A stretch of DNA of 64,000 nt from Promethearchaeia archaeon (GTDB taxonomy: Archaea > Asgardarchaeota > Lokiarchaeia > Sigyniarchaeales > SOKP01): positions 288,001-352,000 of the forward strand of contig JAHQWG010000016.1 of NCBI GenBank assembly GCA_029856045.1. Reading direction: 5' to 3'. Under the pieces are notes generated by a model. The model saw only the letters and a program-made list of their open reading frames with translations. It searched no databases and had not been told where the DNA came from. The position numbers were made by a program, and so were the translations under genes. This document shows positions 10,088 through 18,446 of this stretch, piece by piece; position 1 is the first letter of the stretch, and each line of letters begins with the position of its first letter.

Positions 10088-10825
10088 ATAATTCATAGTT
10101 TCTATTTAATCCATCAACTTACGGGAATCTGCATGATTTATAGGAAATATGGAGCAATTGAATTAAATCAAGATCTAGTTTCGGGGTTTCTAACTGCTCT
10201 AAAAGATTTCGCAAGCGAGATAAGTAAAGGTAAGGGGCAACTCAAGATTGTAGACATGCGACTCTTCAACCTAATCCTTGTTTTTAAAGCAGGAGTCTTA
10301 GTGGTGGTTGCAGCTGATAAAAATGATTCTAGAGAAATCGCTCAAGCGAGACTTGAAGAAATAGTAGATGTTTTTATGGAAAAATATTCTGAATACATAG
10401 GTGAAGATAATTGGACAGGAGATATTCGTATATTTAAAGGATTTGAAACAATTATTGATAAAATTCTCGAAGTTGGAAAGGCAAGTGAAGTCCCAATTAG
10501 AATTCCCATTTTAAAAATATATAAGAAAGATTATGAAAAATCTCAAAAAAAGATAGCCAAAAAAGGGTTAATTCTTCAAGAAGTAGATTTTAGATCAACT
10601 ATTGAAGGAACTTACAAACCTGAATGGACCTCAAAGAGATTACCTAAACAAGTTGTGAGTCAAGGAATGCTTTCAGAACAAGAATATGAAATTTCCCATC
10701 TATGCGACGGATTTCATACTTTAGAAAAAATTGCAGAAGAAGCGGGTATTCCAGAAAACGATATAGGGTTAATTATTGATGAATTAGATGAGCTTGGATT
10801 GCTAGAATTTATAATAATTCAGTAA
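10088..10825 (+). CDS. Longin domain + C-terminal winged-helix protein (NPRL2-like); start probably ATA at 10088
   Basis: IHSFYLIHQLTGICMIYRKYG and DLVSGFLTALKDF longin pattern; C-terminal CDGFHTLEKIAEEAGI..LDELGLLEF wHTH; AGGTG SD just before the ATA. Confidence 0.75.
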   Translation: MIHSFYLIHQLTGICMIYRKYGAIELNQDLVSGFLTALKDFASEISKGKGQLKIVDMRLFNLILVFKAGVLVVVAADKNDSREIAQARLEEIVDVFMEKYSEYIGEDNWTGDIRIFKGFETIIDKILEVGKASEVPIRIPILKIYKKDYEKSQKKIAKKGLILQEVDFRSTIEGTYKPEWTSKRLPKQVVSQGMLSEQEYEISHLCDGFHTLEKIAEEAGIPENDIGLIIDELDELGLLEFIIIQ

Positions 10826-10934
10826 TTATTAATAATTTTTCAAAGTTTGAACTAAATCTATTTTTTATCCTAAAATTTTTAAATTTCATACTTCTTAAAT
10901 TATTTAAAACTTATATTAAGAAGAGATTATAAAA

Positions 10935-11252
10935 ATGACGTATATGATTTTCATCTCAACTGTACCTAATCTTGAAGAAGGAAAGAAAATTGCACGTTTT
11001 CTAGTAGAACAAAAAATTATTGCATGCTGTAATATCATTTCTAATGTGATTTCAATATATGAATGGGAGGAAAAAATTGAGGAAGGCAATGAACTTTTAT
11101 TAATCATTAAAACCAAAAAAGAAAACAGTAAAAAATTAATTGATATTATAAATAGCATACATAGCTATGAAGTTTCTGAATGTATAGGTTTTGATATTAC
11201 AGAAGGATCAAAGAAATATTTAGATTGGATGGATAAAATAATAAAGATTTAA
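10935..11252 (+). CDS. cutA: Divalent-cation tolerance protein CutA
   Basis: IACCNI, SIYEWEEKIE, LLIIKT, HSYEVSE, YLDW. Confidence 0.95.
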   Translation: MTYMIFISTVPNLEEGKKIARFLVEQKIIACCNIISNVISIYEWEEKIEEGNELLLIIKTKKENSKKLIDIINSIHSYEVSECIGFDITEGSKKYLDWMDKIIKI

Positions 11253-11260
11253 TATATCTT

Positions 11261-12100
11261 ATGCAAGTTCATTGGATTTTTCAAATTGATTGGTTTTTTT
11301 GGGGCACAATTATTATTATCTTATTAATTATTTTCCTAATCTCAGTTAAAATTTTTAAGAATACACATCGTTGGAGAAATTTTTTATCGAATCCTTTGAT
11401 TATGGTAAAAAAAAACAAGAATTTTGAAATTCAATGTGGAGAACAAGAAATTTTTAAAATTTCATTCACATTATTTGAATCTATAATCACTGATGTTGCT
11501 GATAATAAAGATAAAAAGACTTCAAATCTTCTGATTATTCTCAAGAAGAGGAGATATAATACATATCCATTTGCAGAAGCTCTTGCTTCAATCGATCTTA
11601 AGGTAATTTTTATAGATTTCAAAAAAATTAGGAAAATTGAAGGTAAAAAACTAGTTAAGATAAAAATTAGTGGGTTATTAATTGATAAAATTTCAAAAGC
11701 GATTTATATTCATTTTGTTAAATTAGGAGATATTCCTAAGTACCAAAAAATTGTCTTTCTCTTTCCTAATCTTACTAATCATTTTTTAAAAATCTCTACA
11801 TTAACAAATCTTTTTGACAAATTTTTTCTGATATTAAGTAATTTTTCAGCGAATTATGAGATTTTAAAGAACTTTTTAAATCAAGACATAATTGACATAA
11901 AGAATCTTTATTTTATTATCCCATTAAAGAGATTCTTAAAAAAAAATGAAGATCAATTGAATAAAATTAATAGATTAAAAGAGAATTATAAAATACACGA
12001 AAAAAATTTTTTAATTCTTGAAAACTCTTTTAAATCGTTAAAAAATTATGAAACAATCATTATTGGCTTTATTTTAAATAATATTTTTAAAAAACAATAA
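11261..12100 (+). CDS. Hypothetical protein with N-terminal membrane anchor
   Basis: Hydrophobic stretch at residues ~12-32; the rest is possibly a degenerate alpha/beta-hydrolase-like fold. Confidence 0.55.
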   Translation: MQVHWIFQIDWFFWGTIIIILLIIFLISVKIFKNTHRWRNFLSNPLIMVKKNKNFEIQCGEQEIFKISFTLFESIITDVADNKDKKTSNLLIILKKRRYNTYPFAEALASIDLKVIFIDFKKIRKIEGKKLVKIKISGLLIDKISKAIYIHFVKLGDIPKYQKIVFLFPNLTNHFLKISTLTNLFDKFFLILSNFSANYEILKNFLNQDIIDIKNLYFIIPLKRFLKKNEDQLNKINRLKENYKIHEKNFLILENSFKSLKNYETIIIGFILNNIFKKQ

Positions 12101-12121
12101 GTATTAACTAAAAAATGTTCG

Positions 12122-12829
12122 ATGACAAAAGAAAAGATTTCGATGGAATATTCAAATAAGGTTATTTATGATAAAAACCATTGGGATATATTAACTCATA
12201 AACGAGATCGAGCAAAAAAGATTTTATCCATGTTTTATAAAGAAGGTTTAAACCCTTTGGTGTTTGGGAGTTTAGCACGGGGAGATGTGAAAAAGAGTAG
12301 TGATATAGATATAATTTTTCCCGATAAAACTCCTACATATAAATTAGAGATTATTATTGAAAAAAATGGAGAATATATTATTGCTAAGGACATAATTCAA
12401 GCAACTCCAGGAGACACAATCAAGGCAAATATTTATATATCCGAGCAAGAATGTTTAACAGTTCCTTTAACGAAATTCATGAAAAAATCTTTTCAATTCT
12501 ATCAATTTGGTGGTTGTCTTGATTTAGATCAGCTTTTAAAAAATGAAAGGGTTCCAGGCATAGACAAAAATTTAATATTAAAGATACCATCCAAATATGG
12601 CCATAATGAGCTTGATCTTAAAAATAATGAATTATTTACTTCGAAATTATTAAATATTGATATGGAATTTATACTTCAAAGAATACGTGTTTTAACTAGA
12701 AGGGATAAAGTTGGCAGAACTGGAGTTTTCCTACATGAAAAATTAAATTTAGAGGATAATTTTGAAAAAGTGTTAAAGAATATTAGTGATCGAAATTCTC
12801 TTGTGAGAAGGATACTTATGAAAGACTGA
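12122..12829 (+). CDS. Nucleotidyltransferase-domain (Pol beta-like) conserved archaeal protein
   Basis: FGSLARGDVKKSSDIDI; IIQATP; FYQFGG; RVPGIDK; RIRVLTRRDKVGRTGVF. Confidence 0.88.
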   Translation: MTKEKISMEYSNKVIYDKNHWDILTHKRDRAKKILSMFYKEGLNPLVFGSLARGDVKKSSDIDIIFPDKTPTYKLEIIIEKNGEYIIAKDIIQATPGDTIKANIYISEQECLTVPLTKFMKKSFQFYQFGGCLDLDQLLKNERVPGIDKNLILKIPSKYGHNELDLKNNELFTSKLLNIDMEFILQRIRVLTRRDKVGRTGVFLHEKLNLEDNFEKVLKNISDRNSLVRRILMKD

Positions 12830-12841
12830 GGTTAAATAAAA

Positions 12842-13972
12842 TTGACACGAGCAGAATTATTTAGAACTAAAGGTGAATCTTATTTTATTCGTGGGATTCC
12901 TAAGGGATGTAAATATTGTATAAAAGGACAAAAGGTCGTTCTATTCCTTAATGGAATTTGTCAGAAACCTGATCATTGTTCTTGGTATTGTCCTATCTCA
13001 GAAGAAAGAAAAAATAAAGAAATAACATACGCTGATGAAATTCAGGTTAAAGATTCTAAAGATTTATTAAAAGAAATTAATCTTGTAAAAGCCAAAGGTG
13101 TTTCAATAACTGGTGGAGAACCTCTTGCCCCTAATAATATAAATCAGACCCTGGATTACATAATTTTTTTAAAAAAAGAAATGGGATCTGATTTTCATAT
13201 ACATCTATATACCAATGGAATTAATTTTAATGAGCAATTAGCGCAAAAATTATCATTGGTAGGATTAGATGAGATAAGATTTCATCCTTCTAAGGAGAAT
13301 TGGATTAATATTAAATATGCGTTATATAAAGGTATGTCTGTGGGTGCAGAAGTTCCGGTAATTCCTGATAAAAAGAATTTGAAAACTCTAAAAGAATTTA
13401 TCTATTTTGTAGATAATCTTAATTGTGATTTTATCAATTTAAATGAATTTGAAATGTGTTTTCCAAATAGTGAATCTCTTAAATCTAAAGGATTTTTATT
13501 GAAAGAAGGAACAATGGCATCTGTTAAAAAAAGCGAAGAATCAGCTCTCAAACTAATTGAAAATGTAGCAAAAAAAACAAAGTTAAATCTTCACTATTGC
13601 CCTATTATTTTAAAGGATCATTATCAATTAAAAAATCGATATAAACGGAGAGCAAGAAGTATTAAGGCACCCTATGAAGTAGTTAATAATGCAGGTCTTC
13701 TTATTTATGCACAAATTGAAGGTACAGCAGTATCTCTAAGGGAGTTTAGCGATAATGTCATATCAAAATTAAACTTACCTGAAAGTCTCTTTTCTTTTAA
13801 AGAATCAAAAATTAATTTACCATGGTATATTCCAATTCACCAAAAATTTGTTGGAGAATTAAAAAAATACGAATTAGAGTGCTACATTATTGAAGGAACA
13901 CCATTTCGCGACAAATATTTTCAAATAACTGAGAAAACACCAATAAGCTTAATTAATATTATTAAAGAATGA
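12842..13972 (+). CDS. Radical SAM protein (conserved archaeal family)
   Basis: PKGCKYC..GQKVVLF, CQKPDHCSWYCP, SITGGEPL, HIHLYTNG, GLDEIRFHP, NLNEFE. Confidence 0.88.
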   Translation: MTRAELFRTKGESYFIRGIPKGCKYCIKGQKVVLFLNGICQKPDHCSWYCPISEERKNKEITYADEIQVKDSKDLLKEINLVKAKGVSITGGEPLAPNNINQTLDYIIFLKKEMGSDFHIHLYTNGINFNEQLAQKLSLVGLDEIRFHPSKENWINIKYALYKGMSVGAEVPVIPDKKNLKTLKEFIYFVDNLNCDFINLNEFEMCFPNSESLKSKGFLLKEGTMASVKKSEESALKLIENVAKKTKLNLHYCPIILKDHYQLKNRYKRRARSIKAPYEVVNNAGLLIYAQIEGTAVSLREFSDNVISKLNLPESLFSFKESKINLPWYIPIHQKFVGELKKYELECYIIEGTPFRDKYFQITEKTPISLINIIKE

Positions 13973-14454
13973 TATATTTATTAGTAAAGTTGCTCTTGAA
14001 ATTGACATTATCGATGATTATAAAAGATGTTACAAATAAAGATATAGAGGAGATCTCTTATTTAGAAGAAAAAATATTTGGAATAGATGCATTTTCTACG
14101 GATCTTCTAAAAAAATTACTAAATAATAAATTATTGTTCATAAAATTAGTTAATGAAACTGAAAAAATCCTTGGATTTTCTATTTCTATTGAGGGTTCTA
14201 AAAATCAAGCAAATATAATTAATTTTTTAATAATAGAAGAGTATCAACATCAAGGATTAGGCTCCTTTCTATTAAAAAGGACATTAAAAGAAATAAAAAA
14301 TAAAAATAAATTTAAATCAATTATTCTAAATGTAAAAATTGACAATGATGTCGCAATTCATTTATATGAAAAGTATGGTTTTAAAGTAATCAAAATAATT
14401 GATAACTATTATGAATCTGGAGCCTCATCAAATTTGATGAAACTTAAGTTGTAG
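13969..14454 (+). CDS. rimI: GNAT N-acetyltransferase (RimI/Ard1-like); the start may be the ATG at 14014
   Basis: YQHQGLGSFLL, LNVKIDNDVAIHLYEKYGF, NYYESG. Confidence 0.8.
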   Translation: MIYLLVKLLLKLTLSMIIKDVTNKDIEEISYLEEKIFGIDAFSTDLLKKLLNNKLLFIKLVNETEKILGFSISIEGSKNQANIINFLIIEEYQHQGLGSFLLKRTLKEIKNKNKFKSIILNVKIDNDVAIHLYEKYGFKVIKIIDNYYESGASSNLMKLKL

Positions 14455-14539
14455 TTGGTTTAAAAATATCTAGATAATTATAAATATACCGATTTTGTAT
14501 TATCATAATATATAAAGTATAGATATAGGGATAAGGAAA

Positions 14540-14692
14540 ATGCCACAACTTGATGATGAGTTAAAGAAAGCTATTAAAGAGGGTAAAACATTAAGCCCTG
14601 TCGACCAAACAGAAGTAGACAGGATAAAAGCCGAACGCGAAAAAAGAAAGCAAGAACTGGAAAAAGTCAAAGAGTCTTTAGAAAAGAAATAA
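14540..14692 (+). CDS. Small 50-aa protein with an N-terminal WH2/actobindin-like motif (not in the ORF track)
   Basis: MPQLDDELKKAIKEGKTLSPVDQTEVDRIKAEREKRKQELEKVKESLEKK*; purine-rich AGGGATAAGGA before the ATG, TATATAAA at ~14509, T-rich tract after the stop. Confidence 0.75.
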   Translation: MPQLDDELKKAIKEGKTLSPVDQTEVDRIKAEREKRKQELEKVKESLEKK

Positions 14693-14788
14693 TCTTATTT
14701 TAATTATTTTTTTCCTCACTTTTTTTTTAAAATATTCATTATATTCCTAGATGAATAAATTTAACCTTTAGGAGCTTGATAAATTCTT

Positions 14789-15856
14789 TTGAAAATTAAG
14801 TATTTCGACGATAAGAAAGGAGAATTAAAAGTTCAAATAGAATGTTTAAATGATCTTTGGATCTTATTTAATGTAATTTACAAGGATGATAAAACTATAT
14901 CGAGAACTACAAGACGTATTATTCTTAGAGAAGGTGATTCTGGAGATCGCAAACCTATGATCTTAACTCTTGAAGTAAAAGACGTAGCATTTCATGAATA
15001 TTCTAATCGTCTGAGGATTAAGGGAATTATTTTATCTGGACCTGAAGATTTAATTTCTTTTGGCTCTTATCACACTTTCAATGTTTCTGTTGGCTCTATA
15101 ATAACTATTATTAAAAAGAAATGGATGAAACAAGATTTAAGTCGAATAGAAAAAAGTTCAAAGGTTCAAAGCTTTCGAATCCTTATTATCGCTATTGAAT
15201 CAGGATTAGCAACGGTTGCAATTATTTCGGATTATAGTCAAAAAATAATAACCAGTATTAAGCATAACATCCCTGGAAAAAGATATGAAAAAACACTAAG
15301 AAATAAAGAAATTGGGGAATTTTTTGGAAAAATTGACACAATTATTGCAGATAATTTAGAGCGAATTGATATAAACTTAATTATTATTACTGGTCCTGGA
15401 GGCTTTAAAGAAAAATATGCAGATATATTAGAAAAAAGTCGTCCAAATTTGGCTCAAAAAATTAAAATCATTAATTCTAGTTCCGCAACCTTCAGCGCAA
15501 TAAAGGAAGTTATAAAATCAAAAGAATTAGAAAAAATTAAAAAAACTTCACGAATAGTTTATGAAACTAATCTAATGGATAAATTTATAGAACAATTAGG
15601 GAAAGATACTAAATTGGTATCTTATGGTTGGGATCATATAAAAAATGCAGCTTCAATGGGTGCGATTGATATACTACTAATTTCTGATAAATTATTAAGA
15701 GGTCTTTCATTTGATAAACGATCAGAACTTGAAGATACATTAAATATAATTGAAAAAAAAAACGGGAAAATAGAAATTTTTAGTAGTGAGCATTCTGCTG
15801 GAGAACAATTAATCAGTTTCGGAAGTATTGTTGCTATATTAAGATATAAAATTTAA
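14789..15856 (+). CDS. pelA: mRNA surveillance protein Pelota
   Basis: LNDLWILFNVI, RLRIKGII, GSYHTFNV, GPGGFK, SSEHSAGEQLISFGSIVAILRY. Confidence 0.95.
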   Translation: MKIKYFDDKKGELKVQIECLNDLWILFNVIYKDDKTISRTTRRIILREGDSGDRKPMILTLEVKDVAFHEYSNRLRIKGIILSGPEDLISFGSYHTFNVSVGSIITIIKKKWMKQDLSRIEKSSKVQSFRILIIAIESGLATVAIISDYSQKIITSIKHNIPGKRYEKTLRNKEIGEFFGKIDTIIADNLERIDINLIIITGPGGFKEKYADILEKSRPNLAQKIKIINSSSATFSAIKEVIKSKELEKIKKTSRIVYETNLMDKFIEQLGKDTKLVSYGWDHIKNAASMGAIDILLISDKLLRGLSFDKRSELEDTLNIIEKKNGKIEIFSSEHSAGEQLISFGSIVAILRYKI

Positions 15857-15882
15857 ATTAAATTTAAAAAAAGATTTGTACC

Positions 15883-16911
15883 ATGCCTTCTGAGATAATT
15901 TATGTGGATAGTAGCTCTGAAATTCCCCTATATGGGTTAGATTTTATCGGAATAATAGACCGTGGTACAAATATTTTAGAAATCAAACCTCTAACTCAGT
16001 GTAATCTTATTTGCAAATATTGTTTTGTAAGTGCTGGAGATTATATCACTAATTTTATAGTCGATGTTAATTATTTAATTGAAAAAATTGTCCCTCTAAT
16101 CGAAATCAAGGGAAAAAACGATATAGAAATACATATCGCACCATACGGAGAAATCTTACTATATAAGGATTTAATTAAGCTAATTAAAAAATTAAAATTA
16201 ATAGATGGAATATACAAAATTTCTATGCAAACTAATGGGCTATTATTGAGTAAAGAAAGCATCATTGAGCTTGAAAAAGCTGGACTTTCTCAAATTAATA
16301 TCAGTCTAAATACACTTGATCAAGATAAAGCAGAATATTTAAGTAATTATAAAGGATATCAACTCCAACACCTTTTGACTATGATTGATTTTCTTATGGA
16401 ATCCAAAATTGATCTTGTTATTGCCCCCGTTTGGATTCCTAAGGTAAATGATCAAGATATCGAAGAATTAATTCGGTTTGTACAGAATTACCAGGATAAA
16501 ATAGATACTCCTAATAAAATTCGAATTGGAATTCAAAAATACTTAATTTATAAAACTGGAAGGAGAATAAAAAAAATTAGACCTAAAAGTTGGGGTTTTT
16601 TTTACAAACAGTTGAATACTTTAGAAAAGAAGCACAACATGAAATTAAAATTAGGACCTAAAGATTTTGGAATTCATAAACGACAATGTCTATCTCTTCC
16701 AATTCAAAAGGGAAATTTAGTTAAAAGCCAAATAATTTCTATAGGTAGATGGGATTCTGAATTCATTGCAAAATTTGATGATAATTGGGGCATCAAAATT
16801 CTATTAAATAAAACCCAAAAAAATATCCCACTAATTGGAAAGAAAATTGATACAAAGATCATCAAATCAAAACGAGAAGAAAATTTATTAACGGGAATTA
16901 TTGAGAATTAG
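15883..16911 (+). CDS. Radical SAM protein with C-terminal TRAM-like domain
   Basis: IPLYGLDFIGIIDRGTNILEIKP, CNLICKYCFV, GEILLY, SMQTNG, LGPKDFGIHKR. Confidence 0.88.
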   Translation: MPSEIIYVDSSSEIPLYGLDFIGIIDRGTNILEIKPLTQCNLICKYCFVSAGDYITNFIVDVNYLIEKIVPLIEIKGKNDIEIHIAPYGEILLYKDLIKLIKKLKLIDGIYKISMQTNGLLLSKESIIELEKAGLSQINISLNTLDQDKAEYLSNYKGYQLQHLLTMIDFLMESKIDLVIAPVWIPKVNDQDIEELIRFVQNYQDKIDTPNKIRIGIQKYLIYKTGRRIKKIRPKSWGFFYKQLNTLEKKHNMKLKLGPKDFGIHKRQCLSLPIQKGNLVKSQIISIGRWDSEFIAKFDDNWGIKILLNKTQKNIPLIGKKIDTKIIKSKREENLLTGIIEN

Positions 16912-16997
16912 CCTAAATATTAGTAAATTTTTAAATTTTTAAAAAATATTATAATAAAAATAAAAAAATAAAACAATAAAAAAAAGGGGAAATCAAA

Positions 16998-17618
16998 ATG
17001 ACGATATTGACACCCGAGGATGAGATAGATTTAGCAAAATTTGAAGTGGAACTCGTAAAGAATTGGAATAAAATGATTGGCTCTCAAAAGAGTGTTACAG
17101 CAGCTCATATGAGATTATCTAACCTTATTATCAAAGAAAATTCTGCACGAGAAATTTTTTTAAGAACTGCTAGAGATGTGTATAAACAAATGAAAGTACT
17201 AGCAAGAGAAAAAATGTCTAATATCGATGAGGATGATGAGAAAATAATTCAAAAAATAATTCATGATAATGAACAAATATTTGAAAATAATAAAAAATTT
17301 CTTAACGCTATAAAAGATCTAGGATTACAAAGAGAATATTTACATAAAGAATTTCAAGAATTAACTGAAGCATTAAAGGAGGTATCTTCAAAAAGAAAAG
17401 CGGTTGTTAATAAAGCTTTAAAAATCGAAATATCTAAGAATAAATTAATTGAAGGAGAGAAACTTGAAATGATGGATCAAGAATTTAAAGATATACAAAA
17501 GGAGTTTGACAGATCTAAAGGACGTTTTTTGAAAAAAGTTGAACATATCGAATCAACGAGGAATGAAGTTAATTCTTTATGGAATAAACTAAAAGATTCT
17601 ATTATGGGATTTGACTGA
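16998..17618 (+). CDS. All-helical coiled-coil protein, BAR-domain-like
   Basis: 206 aa with three long amphipathic helices and almost no Pro; strong SD (AAGGGGA). Confidence 0.6.
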   Translation: MTILTPEDEIDLAKFEVELVKNWNKMIGSQKSVTAAHMRLSNLIIKENSAREIFLRTARDVYKQMKVLAREKMSNIDEDDEKIIQKIIHDNEQIFENNKKFLNAIKDLGLQREYLHKEFQELTEALKEVSSKRKAVVNKALKIEISKNKLIEGEKLEMMDQEFKDIQKEFDRSKGRFLKKVEHIESTRNEVNSLWNKLKDSIMGFD

Positions 17619-17741
17619 ATTAAAAAAAAAATATCTAAATTTAAAATATTAGTATAGAATAATTGAAAAATAAAAAGGTAAATAATTAAAAATAAATATT
17701 TAATCGATTATAATTAAATAGAAAAATTTTTTTCTTAGGGG

Positions 17742-18158
17742 ATGATAAAAATAGCCGAAGAATTTAATTCAATGTTAGCTGCAACCCGGAAAGCACCACT
17801 TGATGAGAAACTCAAAGGACTTGCAGATATTATTGAAAGTATAATGCAAATTTTGTTAAAAATTCCTAATTTAGTAGATCAAAGCTTAACTGTTATAAAT
17901 TCAAGAATCTCTTCAATTGAAGGAAAGGTCACTTCATTGGAAACAAAAGTTGGTCAAGGAGCTACGGCTGTATCGGCAGAAGCTGGAAGTCTGGCTCGAT
18001 CCCCAGTAACTCCACCACCTCCGCCAGGAACACCTCCACCACCTCCGGGACGCCCACCTGCTGGACCTCAACCAGCGAGAGCAGCTAATCCAGTCTCTCT
18101 ACGCGGAGCAATCATGGGGGAATTGAAGGAGTTATTTTCAAAAAGAAAAAAAATATAA
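17742..18158 (+). CDS. Coiled-coil + polyproline + C-terminal amphipathic/basic (WH2/FAB-like) protein; the start may be ATA at 17751
   Basis: INSRISSIEGKVTSLETKV heptads; TPPPPPGTPPPPPGRPP; SLRGAIMGELKELFSKRKK. Confidence 0.8.
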   Translation: MIKIAEEFNSMLAATRKAPLDEKLKGLADIIESIMQILLKIPNLVDQSLTVINSRISSIEGKVTSLETKVGQGATAVSAEAGSLARSPVTPPPPPGTPPPPPGRPPAGPQPARAANPVSLRGAIMGELKELFSKRKKI

Positions 18159-18360
18159 TAATTTTATATATTTAAACCTTAACGAAACATCTATTTCATA
18201 CAATTTGATTCTCGAATAATAAAATTTAATATTTAATTTTGTTTCGTTTTACTGATAAAATAAAATAAAAAATATAGTTTTATTTCTTTCAAATCGCGAA
18301 ATAATTACTCATTTCAGATATTTTTTTTAAAGATTAAAAAATGATTACTTTAAATTAGTT

Positions 18361-18412
18361 TTAATATTTTAAATAAGATTTTAGTTATCATTAATGTTTT
18401 AAATAAGATTTT
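18361..18412. repeat. 22-bp direct repeat with 30-bp period upstream of the 18447 gene
   Basis: ttaatattttaaataagatttt (18361) and ttaatgttttaaataagatttt (18391), one mismatch. Confidence 0.7.
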
Positions 18413-18446
18413 CATTAATATTTTAACAAAATTTATAAAGTAGAAT

